DNA of 64,000 bases from Naegleria gruberi. Lineage: Eukaryota. Positions within the stretch are counted from its first letter, which is position 1, and every line of letters begins with the position of its first letter. The stretch lies in the NCBI GenBank assembly GCA_000004985.1, contig GG738888.1, one strand, 5' to 3'. Shown here one piece after another: positions 44,803 to 54,990 of this stretch. The position numbers and the translations under genes are program-made. Below the pieces are notes generated by a model. That model had not been told where the DNA came from, made no database searches, and saw nothing but the letters and a program-made list of their open reading frames with translations.

Positions 44803-46425
44803 TCAATCCAGATCATCAATAGTAGGTCCAATACTATTGGTTCCCATAATTGGAATTGTATCTGAAGCCATTTGAAGCAATAATTCTTCAATTTCCTCAG
44901 GTTTGAGTGGTACTGGTCGAGAGGGAATGAAAGAATCCTCTGTGCCATAAGTTGGACTTCTGGCAGACACTGTCATATTCAAATTCAGGGAAAAGAAGAG
45001 TTCGAAAATGAGTTCAACCTCAAAATGAGCATCTTGATAATTGTCGGGAATGTCCAATCTTAAAGTCCCAATCTTTTCACAATCTTTCACGAATTTTCTG
45101 TTCCCCTCATAAATGTCAATGCTTATAAATTTCTCATTTCCGGTTAATGGTATTGAAATAGTTTGAGTTTTCGAATAAGGCACTGATGTTCTAGGAACAA
45201 TAACTATCATTTCACCATTTTCGTTTGAAATTCCATAATTACAGCATGTATTATCGTTCATTAGTATATTTGGGTCATTACTAATATAGCTTTCAATACA
45301 GCCACCAAGTTCAATAGGACATTCTATCCAATCGCATATTTCTGCTTCTGGTTGTTCTGTAGAAATCAATTTTCTAATCATTTCTTTTAACTTGGGAATT
45401 CTAGTTGATTTCCCACACACGATAATGTATTCAAAAGTCTCCTTATTCATGAATTCAAGTATTTCTACAATAAGTCTATTGATAACGTCTAGAGTCAATT
45501 CTTCAAATAAGCTTTTGCTAAATTCTGGAATATTTAAATCAATGTTATTGTAAAATTTAGGAATATGTAAATGCCAGGAATCATGATCTGATAACTTGGC
45601 TTTAACTTCTTCGCAAGCTCTTCTCAATTTGATCATGGAGAGTGGATTTTCCTGGATTGAATATTTGCTTTCCCGTTTAAATAGGTCATCACAATATTCC
45701 ATCATTTTCAAAGTGATGGCTTCTCCTCCCAATTCATCATTCCTATAAAATCGTTCCTTAAATATTTGCCCTTCATCAATAGAAAATGCACCTATTTTCA
45801 AAGATTGACCTACATCCAAATACAGAGCTTTCTTGTCATTCATTGATGGAAAGAAAAGATTATAAGCAATTAATGAAAGTCTTGATTCTGAATAAACATT
45901 CATTACATTATAGCCCCATTCACTAACTTTCTTTCTAATTAATTGATAAACTGCATAGGGAAAGTAATCTGGAACTGCTATTGCCAATCGATTTTTCATA
46001 TTTGCACAATTTCGTTCCAACATTGTTTTCATAATTTTCAAATATAAATCTAGAGGTGAAACAGTGATGCCATTGCCTATTTCAATTTCAATTTCTTCTT
46101 CTCTACTGTTCATGAACTGCAAAGCACGATATGGGGAATATATGTGGTTATCATCTCGTTGCTGCTTTCCATTAATTATTAAATTTGCAATATTGGTTAC
46201 TAGTCGATGAGGATTCAAATCATCATCACTTGGTTGAATTTCTCTTCCAATTTTTTCATCATCAAATTCATCCGACAACGACAACGATAGCAAGATTATT
46301 GCTTCATCTTCTTCGAGCAATTTATAATCAAAGAGTCGGAATCTGTTCCGAGATGATTCCTTCAAAGTAGAACTGACCAGTGTTGCATGTGAATTGCCAA
46401 CATGCAAACAGCATGGTGCATTCAT
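44803..46425 (-). CDS. divergent Hsp70-superfamily (actin-like ATPase) protein
   Basis: 540 aa; IAVPDYF, LDVGQSLKIGAFSIDEG (phosphate-2-like), IIVCGKSTRIPKLKEMIRK (connect/adenosine motif), IYEGNRKF in a putative substrate-binding half; canonical N-terminal DLGTTNS absent, so HSPA12-like or degenerate. Confidence 0.5.
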   Translation of the reverse strand: MNAPCCLHVGNSHATLVSSTLKESSRNRFRLFDYKLLEEDEAIILLSLSLSDEFDDEKIGREIQPSDDDLNPHRLVTNIANLIINGKQQRDDNHIYSPYRALQFMNSREEEIEIEIGNGITVSPLDLYLKIMKTMLERNCANMKNRLAIAVPDYFPYAVYQLIRKKVSEWGYNVMNVYSESRLSLIAYNLFFPSMNDKKALYLDVGQSLKIGAFSIDEGQIFKERFYRNDELGGEAITLKMMEYCDDLFKRESKYSIQENPLSMIKLRRACEEVKAKLSDHDSWHLHIPKFYNNIDLNIPEFSKSLFEELTLDVINRLIVEILEFMNKETFEYIIVCGKSTRIPKLKEMIRKLISTEQPEAEICDWIECPIELGGCIESYISNDPNILMNDNTCCNYGISNENGEMIVIVPRTSVPYSKTQTISIPLTGNEKFISIDIYEGNRKFVKDCEKIGTLRLDIPDNYQDAHFEVELIFELFFSLNLNMTVSARSPTYGTEDSFIPSRPVPLKPEEIEELLLQMASDTIPIMGTNSIGPTIDDLD

Positions 46426-46510
46426 TTTTTTGTTTAATGTTTACAAAATATTGACCAATATTAAAGGTAAAAATGAAATATTTAATTTGATTAGTTCACA
46501 CAGTAATACT

Positions 46511-48229
46511 TTACCGCACCACTAGAAAATGAATACATTGAATAAGTTTCCCAAGTTGTTTCTTGAGCATTGTATCAAAATTTGGGGAATCACTAATTTT
46601 AAGTTCAGAAATGCTTCTGTTTTGAGCATAGCTTATCAATGCCTGTAATGTCATATTGCTCAACTTGTTAGATTTAATGTGGAGAGTTGAAATTTTTGGT
46701 TCAAAGTTCAAATAATCAATTATTCCTGAATCAGAAACACCACAATTATTAGCTTCCAATTTAATTATGGATAGAGGGCTCAATAAAGATAAACCAGTAT
46801 CTCCAATACTTGGATTGTTAGAAATATTCAATTCTTTCAACTGATTCATCTTTGAAATGACATCACAACATTTATACGAAACATAATTATGACTAATGTC
46901 TAGATGGATAAGATTCCTAAATTCACTTCTGAATAATTCAATAACTGATTCATCTCCAATATCATTTGATCCAACGTGTAAATATTCCAACTCATTACAA
47001 TTACTCAAATATTTCAATCCATTTCCAATTTTGTTATTATTTAACATTAAATATTTCAGTAATTTTAAATTTCCAAAGTTTCTCAAACCCTCTTCACCAA
47101 TTAAACTTTCTTTCAAAGATAAATTTTCAAGTTTGACATTTTCTGATAGATAATTAGCTCCAACATCTCCAACTTGATTACTTGACAAGTTTAATATTTT
47201 GAGTTGAGAAAGTTTATAAAAATATTTCAAACCTTGCCCACCAATTAAATTATTCGAAAGATTAAGTTCTGTTAAATTAGAAAGTGAGCACAAATTAATT
47301 GCTCCTTCATTTCCAATCCTATTATTCTGTAAATTCAAACTTTTCATATTTTCCAAATATGGAAAATTACAAGCAGTTATTAAATTGTTATCCAAATGGA
47401 GCTCCTCAAGCTTCTTCAATGTTGAAAGGTCTTTAACTGCTTCCTCTTTAATTCTTCCCTTGGAAATGAAATGAAATTTCTTTAAATTTCCAAGTGGAGA
47501 AATAAATTTCATCTCTTCTTCAAATAAATTGTTTCTAAATGTTAAACAAAATAGATCAGTAATGGATTCCAATTTCCGAATATGTTCAAAAATTGATTTC
47601 TCTATAAAAGTGTTACAAATTCCAAAGTTCTTTAACTTGTTGGCGAATTTGCTTTCGAATATTGAAATGTATGATTTTGAATTCAATTGACCATGCAGAA
47701 ATAACCTCTCCAATGGCCAATCCAATTGATCAAATAATAAATCTTCAACTTGTACATTTACGCGCTCTGGTGACCATGTTTTAATGAAGAGCGTTTTAAT
47801 CTTGGACTTGGTTTCGAATAGTAATCGAATACTATTAATATTCATTTTCACTAATTGCACATTTTCCAATGTCTTCAATTTGGAAAATTCAACAATTACA
47901 TCATTACTGCAATTAGACAGTTTCAATGACTTTAAATTGGTCAACTTGGAAATAAACTCTATATTCGAATCTAAATATTCGCTCGGATGGCATTCTAAAT
48001 GAGTTATTTTGTGTAATTCATCGGAATGTTTCGTTAAAATAATTTCTAAATGTTTACTTTCTTCAGAAAATTGCATTGGAAAGTAAAATGTTGGAGTTGA
48101 TTTGTAATTTTCATTCCAATTTTTACAAACTAATCTTACAGTATTTAAAATCCATGTATATTCGAAATTGGAAAGAATTTGATCGAATATTATTTCGGAG
48201 GGAATTACACCAAACTCTCCTTTCATCAT
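46511..48229 (-). CDS. F-box-like / leucine-rich repeat (RNI-type) protein
   Basis: Probable ATG at 48229 (MMKGEFGVIPSEIIFDQILSNF...VCKNWNENY F-box-like); >12 LRRs (LNLSNNLIGGQGLKYF, LNLSSNQVGDVGANYL, LHVGSNDIGDESVIEL). Confidence 0.5.
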   Translation of the reverse strand: MMKGEFGVIPSEIIFDQILSNFEYTWILNTVRLVCKNWNENYKSTPTFYFPMQFSEESKHLEIILTKHSDELHKITHLECHPSEYLDSNIEFISKLTNLKSLKLSNCSNDVIVEFSKLKTLENVQLVKMNINSIRLLFETKSKIKTLFIKTWSPERVNVQVEDLLFDQLDWPLERLFLHGQLNSKSYISIFESKFANKLKNFGICNTFIEKSIFEHIRKLESITDLFCLTFRNNLFEEEMKFISPLGNLKKFHFISKGRIKEEAVKDLSTLKKLEELHLDNNLITACNFPYLENMKSLNLQNNRIGNEGAINLCSLSNLTELNLSNNLIGGQGLKYFYKLSQLKILNLSSNQVGDVGANYLSENVKLENLSLKESLIGEEGLRNFGNLKLLKYLMLNNNKIGNGLKYLSNCNELEYLHVGSNDIGDESVIELFRSEFRNLIHLDISHNYVSYKCCDVISKMNQLKELNISNNPSIGDTGLSLLSPLSIIKLEANNCGVSDSGIIDYLNFEPKISTLHIKSNKLSNMTLQALISYAQNRSISELKISDSPNFDTMLKKQLGKLIQCIHFLVVR

Positions 48230-48390
48230 TTTTTTAACTCGAATATTTTGCAACTTTCTGTTTTGCTCTCTTCCGTATTACTGTTATTAGATTGAATATT
48301 CCTCTGAATTAATTGATGATTTTCAAAATCTTGTCTGTTTCGTTTTTGCTCATTTTTACATCTTGAACATTGATGATTTAATTATGATGT

Positions 48391-50911
48391 TTATACAACT
48401 TGATTTGCTTGTTTGAGTTTTTCAATTTCTTGTTTGAGAAGTTCATTTTCATTTCTGAGTGTGGATATTTCATTACTCAAGAGTAAGTTTTCTTGTTTTA
48501 GGGTTGTGTTTTGTTGAATAATATCATAATAGTTGATTAATTGTTGAATATTGAGAAGATCATCCAGTTCCTTGTGAATATTTTCAGAATAATCATTAAT
48601 TTCACCACGGAGATATTTTGTTAAATTGTCGATAATAATCTTGTAAGTAAAGCAGTCCAATCTTTTACGAGGATCTCTTTGAATCATGGTGATGAGACAT
48701 CTGGTAAGTATTTCATTCACACCCCAAGATTTGTTAATCTGCTTATCAATGGTCATTCTTATGGCATGGTGCACTCTCATTTCTCCCTCAGCTGTTACAA
48801 CAGCGCTGTGAAAATATAATCCCTCCTCTGAACTAAAATATGTGAAATTCGAATCAAATTGTGAAATGTCAGTACCTCCAATAAATTGTTTGCTTACTTT
48901 CAACAAACAATCAGTCAATAATTCCAAAAATATACATCCTAATGAAAAGATATCTGATGCTGTTGAAATCTCCCTCTTGTTTTGAATTAATTTCTCCTGA
49001 TATTCATGAACTAAATGTTGTTCGTTGGATTTTTCATAGGTTGAATCTGAAACCTCTGGAGCCATATAAGTATACTTTCCCACATTGATTGTAATTGATT
49101 TTCCTACTTCAATAACTCTCGATTGATCAAAATCAATAATCTTAAACTTGTCACCAATTTTTAAAATATTATTAGGATCCAAATCTCTATTATAATTATA
49201 ATAATAATAAATATTAAAATAATTACCTATGTGCAATGTTTTGATTGTGAACTGATTGGACTGCCTGAAGGATTTTTGCAAACATTTCCAGTACCTCAAT
49301 CATTTTATCCTTTTCCAAGGATGTTCCAACTCCGCTGCTATGGTTTCTTTCTATAATATTTCTTAAAGTTTCTTCACCCAACTCCATGATGGAAAATAAA
49401 TGTTTCGTCTTAATCTTATCTTGACCATATTCCAGAATACCACATTCAAAACAATTAATCTTTCCATCAATTTGTCTCTTTAAGAATTCAATTTTAGCAT
49501 CCATCTTTTTCATGTCATACTCTGGTTGGAATTTAATCTTTACAGCAACAAAAACTTCTCTACGTTTATCAAAAGCTTTGAATACTACACCCTCACCTCC
49601 AAATCCTAAAGAAGAAATCAACTCGTAATTTTTAACTTTCTTCTGCGTAGTAAAAATTTGGAACGACGAAATGACCTTCTTACTGTCACCTGTTGTTTTC
49701 ATATACTCGCTTATCAGCATTTTCCAATCCCAGTTTGGATTTTCATGTTTCAAAATTCGCTTAATAAGAAATACAATTCCAGGGTGTTCCTTTTTCGAAT
49801 AGTGGTGATAGGGAAAATCGTCGACTATCGTCTTTAGAGCTTCCTTAAAGTGTTTTTTACCAACAGGATGTTTAGGTGACTTGGATTCTATATGTTGTTC
49901 CAACTTTATGCAAAATAAGTGGTAATCCAAATCCGCAATTGTTTCAGTTTCAATTTTCAAACTACTTTCGTTCAGTTTCTTCAAAATCATCAGCATGGCA
50001 AATGTTTGCACAAATTTCACACTATAGGTAAATGAAGAAAATATTCCTTTTGAAATAATTTCAGGTTTCTTATCTTGAAAAAGAAAAGGAATCAATCCAC
50101 TCTCATCCAAAGTCTCCTCCTTAAATGCATTCATTACTGTTTTTAAATTTCCGTGGAATATAATCAATTTATCTGCCTTACAAGGATTTCCCTTTGGCAA
50201 ATATTTGAAAACTCTATAATTCAAAGCTACAGCCTCCAACACAACTTGTCGATCAGTCTTTAATTCCTCAGAAGCAAACATGAATGAGAAAGGCTCATGT
50301 TGAATGGCCATAAACACAACTTCCTTATCCCTTCTCAATTCTTCAGAGGCACTTTTGAAAGCAATTCTATCACTCTTCAAAGCTAACATGACAATTTCCC
50401 TATCATTTCGAAATTCATCTGAAATGTCCTGAATAGCACCAGGAGCACTCTGAATGGCTGCCATGACAACTTCCCTGTCCTTCTTCAATTCATCCCCGAC
50501 CAAAAACAACTCCGAAGCTGCTGCATTATTTTGATTATCCTCTTTTTCATGATTTTGTTGTGAATGATGATGCTGATGATTTTTAAAAGCAGGTGCCGAT
50601 GAAGAATTCTCATCAATTCGTTTTTTAGTCAAAGCCGCCAAAACTACTTGTTTATCGTGGCGCCATTTTTCTGAAATTAATTTCAATGAAAAATCAAATT
50701 TTACAGCTGCGTATTGTAGTATGAAATTTCTATCCAATTCTTCCCGCGCTTTTTCAGAGCTTATCTGCAAGACTTGAGCTGATTTACTCTTTTCCAAGGC
50801 TTGGAGAAGAAAGTCACGATCATTCCGAAGTTCGTCTGGTAGTTTGGCATAATTATATGAGGTTGGATTTTGGATAATATCTTTCAGGTAGCGTTCTCTA
50901 CCTGGAGCCAT
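48391..50911 (-). CDS. DUF4116-repeat protein kinase (N-terminal KxDREvv repeats, C-terminal atypical kinase domain and coiled coil), 2 exons
   Basis: Exon1 50911..49227 (ATG in A-rich context; repeats LRNDRDFLLQAL, LKKDREVVMAAI, FRNDREIVMLAL, LRRDKEVVFMAI, LKTDRQVVLEAV; then LGFGGEGVVFKAFD...VAVKI). Intron 49226..49187 (GTAATT..ATAG, 40 nt) again inside HR|D (IAHR|DLDPNN). Exon2 49186..48391 has DFD instead of DFG, MAPE, and a C-terminal heptad coiled coil. Confidence 0.65.
49187..49226 (-). other. spliceosomal intron (40 nt, GTAATT...ATAG) in DUF4116-kinase
   Basis: Restores IAHR|DLDPNN; phase 2, same position/phase as intron 19887..19933. Confidence 0.65.
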
Positions 50912-51448
50912 TTTTTTTAAAGTGAAATTTGACAGTAATGATGCTATTCAAATCTGAATTAGGTCAGAATTTAATGTATTATTTAATTTCTTTTTAGTAA
51001 ACAAAATGAAATTAGATCCAATACACGTTTTTCAATCTTGCCATCACTCAAATCACTTGGGCTATCGAAATGAGTGAGATTTTCCAATACTTGAGGAATG
51101 AATTTGGTCTCTGTTAAAATAATCTTTACAAATTCTTATAGTTATCATTTGGAATATTGTAATCGGTTGGTGTGTTCAATGAGCAAACAAATGGAAGAGA
51201 GTTGCTTGTTAACAATTCATTTCGCATTGTTTGGAAGGATGAATATTCAAAACATTCTGGAAATTGGGGAAGACAGCATCCTCTCTTATCGTTGGTCAAT
51301 ACAACCATTCCTTTTTTAGCCAATTCAATACCAATCTCATAGAAAGGGTTACAGTAATTCAATTTATACACTTTCTGTTTAGTATTTGGAAAGGCTAAAA
51401 AGGTTCATTTGTTTCCTTCCTTCCCGTGTTCACTGCTGTTGGATGGTT

Positions 51449-52948
51449 TTAATGTAATATTTCAATATCAAAGAGGGGATGGCCTGCCACAATGTCCTTG
51501 TTTTGAATCAGTCTTTTCATGTTTTGTCGCATCCATTGAGTTCTCTTACTGTTTTCCAATCGTACCATAAAGAAAATATTGGAGGAGAAGGAGCTGGTGA
51601 AGATTCGCCATACCATTTGAGAAGTTGTAATTGGTGGTTTTGGTAATTGGAGAGGCGTAAATTTGTTAATTGCGCTGATATTGCTGATAGAGCACAATTC
51701 TCCAGCACTGTTGGAACCAGCTCCTAAGAATTCTCCATCAACTGTTTGGAGAATCGAAAAGTGCCATCCACAAAAGATGTCCTTGATCTTCTTTGGCAAT
51801 TCGATCAAGACTGGTAATGGATGATGGTCTACCTCACTCTCACTTCCACATTGTCTATAGGAATTGTATCCAAATGCCCAACAATTTCCGCTTTCGCAAA
51901 GACAAATAGTATGAAGAGCTCCCAAAGCTACCTTAATAACCTTTTCTCCAGTCTTGGCCATTGGTTCATGTAGGGTAAATGCCAAAATATTATCGGCATG
52001 TCCAATACCTTGTTGACAAAAAACTCCCCAACCAGTGACATATAATTTACCAAATTTGGTAACCACCAGAGTTCTGTAATAAGCTGCATAGACATCCAGA
52101 ATTGAATCTCCTCTTTCTAATGGAATATGTGGTTGGTAGGTTTCAAAAGTAGCAGTTGAGGCCATATTTCCACTCCCACAAGCCCCATAAGTATCGTATT
52201 GACTTGCTGCAAATAATTCCCCATCCTCTGAAAGAGCCATCAAATGGCTGAGACCACTAGTTATATATTTAATTCTAGCCAATTCATTCTTTTTCTTAAA
52301 TTCCAATAGTGTCCAATTATCTGAGGATGATAACTTGAAAACTAATCCCATTTTAGTTAATATACATAAATGAGTTGAGAGAACACAGACTTGTTGAATA
52401 CCAAACACATATCCCTCCTGTTGACTCATGAGGTCTTCCTCTCCTTTTTTCACTTCTTCCAAATTCAATTCCACAACCATTCCATCATTAGTATTCACCT
52501 TTGTATCAGAATATGACAAACATATAAAAGTTGGTACTTTTGAAGCGTCATGAGTTTCAGAATTTGCTGAAGTAAAAACCCTTCCTTTTGAAGTGAGAAA
52601 ACAACTTGATGATTCACCACACGATATATCCTGAATAAATTCATCATCATAATCCATTGTGGCACCATAAACATTTTCATAATCATTATAACGTTGTGGT
52701 TTTACACCTCTCATCTTGTAGATCAAACATGAACATGGAAGAACCCTCTTTACATAGCCTCCATATTCCTGTGATCCAGATCCACTACTACTTGTTACTT
52801 CTTCCATCGGAATTCCAAGAGAAATATTTTTATTTCCTGATCCATATAATAATGTTGTTCTACATGGTCGATAAATAGATTCGCGATCAGTTTCATTCAA
52901 CAGGGTTTTAATATGATGCTGATAAAAATTGGTGTGATAGTTGGACAT
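51449..52948 (-). CDS. RCC1-repeat (beta-propeller) protein; 3' end uncertain
   Basis: Probable ATG at 52948 (MSNYHTNFYQ; track ORF begins at TTG 53050). Multiple RCC1-type blades (SGLSHLMALSEDGELFA, WGVFCQQGIG, GALHTICLCESGNCWAFGYNSYRQCG, AGSNSAGELC). Last ~55 codons are non-conserved. Small same-strand ORF 51126..51371 could be a 3' exon (possible GTAAGA donor at ~51615, acceptor AACAG at ~51380); unresolved. Confidence 0.45.
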   Translation of the reverse strand: MSNYHTNFYQHHIKTLLNETDRESIYRPCRTTLLYGSGNKNISLGIPMEEVTSSSGSGSQEYGGYVKRVLPCSCLIYKMRGVKPQRYNDYENVYGATMDYDDEFIQDISCGESSSCFLTSKGRVFTSANSETHDASKVPTFICLSYSDTKVNTNDGMVVELNLEEVKKGEEDLMSQQEGYVFGIQQVCVLSTHLCILTKMGLVFKLSSSDNWTLLEFKKKNELARIKYITSGLSHLMALSEDGELFAASQYDTYGACGSGNMASTATFETYQPHIPLERGDSILDVYAAYYRTLVVTKFGKLYVTGWGVFCQQGIGHADNILAFTLHEPMAKTGEKVIKVALGALHTICLCESGNCWAFGYNSYRQCGSESEVDHHPLPVLIELPKKIKDIFCGWHFSILQTVDGEFLGAGSNSAGELCSISNISAINKFTPLQLPKPPITTSQMVWRIFTSSFSSNIFFMVRLENSKRTQWMRQNMKRLIQNKDIVAGHPLFDIEILH

Positions 52949-53037
52949 TTTTTTAAAATGAAAAAAAGTAACTTTGGCGGATTTTGTAAGGAAAATAATT
53001 GGCGCCAAAATAAATCGCTCAACTGGATTTATAAAAA

Positions 53038-54762
53038 ATGAAAAGAACAACTACACAGGAATCTTCGGAAGAAGCACTCTCAGAGCAATCATCATCCAAA
53101 AAGCTAAAACTTGATCAAAATTGTCAGCTTGGTCTTTATTCCTTGCACTCAGATATCAAACTTTACATTTTAGAATTTATTCAATTTTTTCTTTCTCGTC
53201 ACTTGATAGTTTCTGAATTTGATGAGCATTCGTTAGAGCTTGAACATGTTGATGTTTCATCGAAGGAGAAATTGTGGGAACATACCAAGGTGATGGCTAG
53301 GAGACAATTGTTAAAGTTAATGTTTGGTTATTTCGTGGATGAAAGTAGACGAATTCATCTCCTATTCAAGCATGTGAATTTTTGTGCAAGTGGTATTTTT
53401 CATCAACATGAGTTGTTCACAGAGTTGAGATTTAGAGATTTGAAATCAATTGAGTATTCGAGAAATTACTTGTTTTCAAGTAAATATTTTGATTTTAAAG
53501 AGTATTTGCCGAGATTGGAAGCTGTTTGGGGATTAAATATTGAAGTAGAAGAGGATGCAAAGAGTTTTCTTGCTCATGATTTGAGTAGAATGAAATCTGT
53601 TTCTTTTGGTTACCTCGAGAAAGATGTTTGTGTACCAGAATCTATTGGATTTGAAACTTTCTTTTCCAAATTGACCAATCTTACCACTCTCGAACTGTCT
53701 TGTGGTTATATTGATGAAGAGTTTGTTTTTGCCCTGATGAAAAGCGTAAAACATTTGAGAAAGGCCACATTCACAGAGGCCACCTTGAACAATGATGCCT
53801 TACAAATGTTATTGGAACAAGCAGAGTTTTTGGAGGAGTTGGATGTTAGCATGCCAAATGATTCCTTCGATCTTGATTATATATTTGATAGAGTCAAGAG
53901 GCCACTCAAGCTTACTAAACTTTTTGCTGAGAGTAATGATGTTACAGAAAAATTCTTTGTAAATATTGTAAAGGCAGCAAAATACCTTGGTAATTTGAAA
54001 GTTTTATCAATCTCACCTTATATGATCAATGATGAAGAACTTTGGAAAAATTTATTTAATAGCTTCCCTCAATTGACTGAGCTGGAACTAAGCGATCAAA
54101 CTTTAACAGAGTCAATCATGTCACATATTCATGTATTGAAAGAATTACGCTCTCTGAAATCGAATTTAGAAACCACCAAAGGTCTTGAACTTCTTCTCCA
54201 TTTCAAGTCACTCACTCTCTCATGCTTGACTAGAGAAACTAATTTGGATTTCTCCAAGCTGAACCATTTGGAATTTCTTGCCATTGATGCCTTGTACAAT
54301 ACCATATTGGACAATTTCGATAAGGATGAAAGCTTACCAAAGTTAAAGAGAGTCAAACTTTACCTTATTAATGATGTTGAACGCACTATTGATGAAGTTA
54401 AACAAATTGCAGAAAAAAGGCCTGAAATTAGATTTTCCTTGATATTGCATGAAGGTGTAACTCCAGTCGATATCTTTGAGAGAATTCTTTCCTGTAAAGG
54501 AATTGATGAATTGGATAGTTTTAATGCAAAAATTCCAGATGCCATTGAAACTAACTCCACCCTTAAATCCTTAACTATACTTAACGCGAAATCATTAGCT
54601 AATTTGGAACTTTTACAAAACAACAAGACTTTGGAAGTATTGAATCTCTATTCAGCGGATATTTTTGAAGGTGAATATGTGAGTGAAATTTGTAATTTAT
54701 TCCGTAACTCACAAGCTGAGCATATTTCACTTATTGATCCATCTATTGTTGGTGAACCATAA
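53038..54762 (+). CDS. leucine-rich repeat protein (F-box-like N-terminus)
   Basis: 574 aa, ATG 53038; divergent from the RCC1 gene with ~90 bp between start codons; LRR units (LTTLELSCGYIDEEF, LEELDVSMPNDSF, LTELELSDQTLTESI). Confidence 0.5.
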   Translation: MKRTTTQESSEEALSEQSSSKKLKLDQNCQLGLYSLHSDIKLYILEFIQFFLSRHLIVSEFDEHSLELEHVDVSSKEKLWEHTKVMARRQLLKLMFGYFVDESRRIHLLFKHVNFCASGIFHQHELFTELRFRDLKSIEYSRNYLFSSKYFDFKEYLPRLEAVWGLNIEVEEDAKSFLAHDLSRMKSVSFGYLEKDVCVPESIGFETFFSKLTNLTTLELSCGYIDEEFVFALMKSVKHLRKATFTEATLNNDALQMLLEQAEFLEELDVSMPNDSFDLDYIFDRVKRPLKLTKLFAESNDVTEKFFVNIVKAAKYLGNLKVLSISPYMINDEELWKNLFNSFPQLTELELSDQTLTESIMSHIHVLKELRSLKSNLETTKGLELLLHFKSLTLSCLTRETNLDFSKLNHLEFLAIDALYNTILDNFDKDESLPKLKRVKLYLINDVERTIDEVKQIAEKRPEIRFSLILHEGVTPVDIFERILSCKGIDELDSFNAKIPDAIETNSTLKSLTILNAKSLANLELLQNNKTLEVLNLYSADIFEGEYVSEICNLFRNSQAEHISLIDPSIVGEP

Positions 54763-54990
54763 ATTAATCAAATCCTATTGTTTAGAACTTTCGCCAACTT
54801 TATTCAAAACCTTAATTACTCTAATAATGAAAATAACTAACTTCAATATTTCCAATGGGAAATGGATGGTCAACTCGAATATCCACCAAACCCCTATTCC
54901 GATAATTATCGGAACTGCTCATCACATTTCATTGTCCGAAAAGTCCATTAATGCAATTTTGTAACAAACTTGTCCAATTAATCAAAAAAA

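Noticed and set aside
51126-51371. 81-aa ORF downstream of the RCC1 gene as an independent gene
   Set aside because: No ATG (GTG start in track), very short, no motif. It is more likely a 3' exon of the RCC1 gene or non-coding. It is listed under the RCC1 feature as unresolved and not called as a gene.
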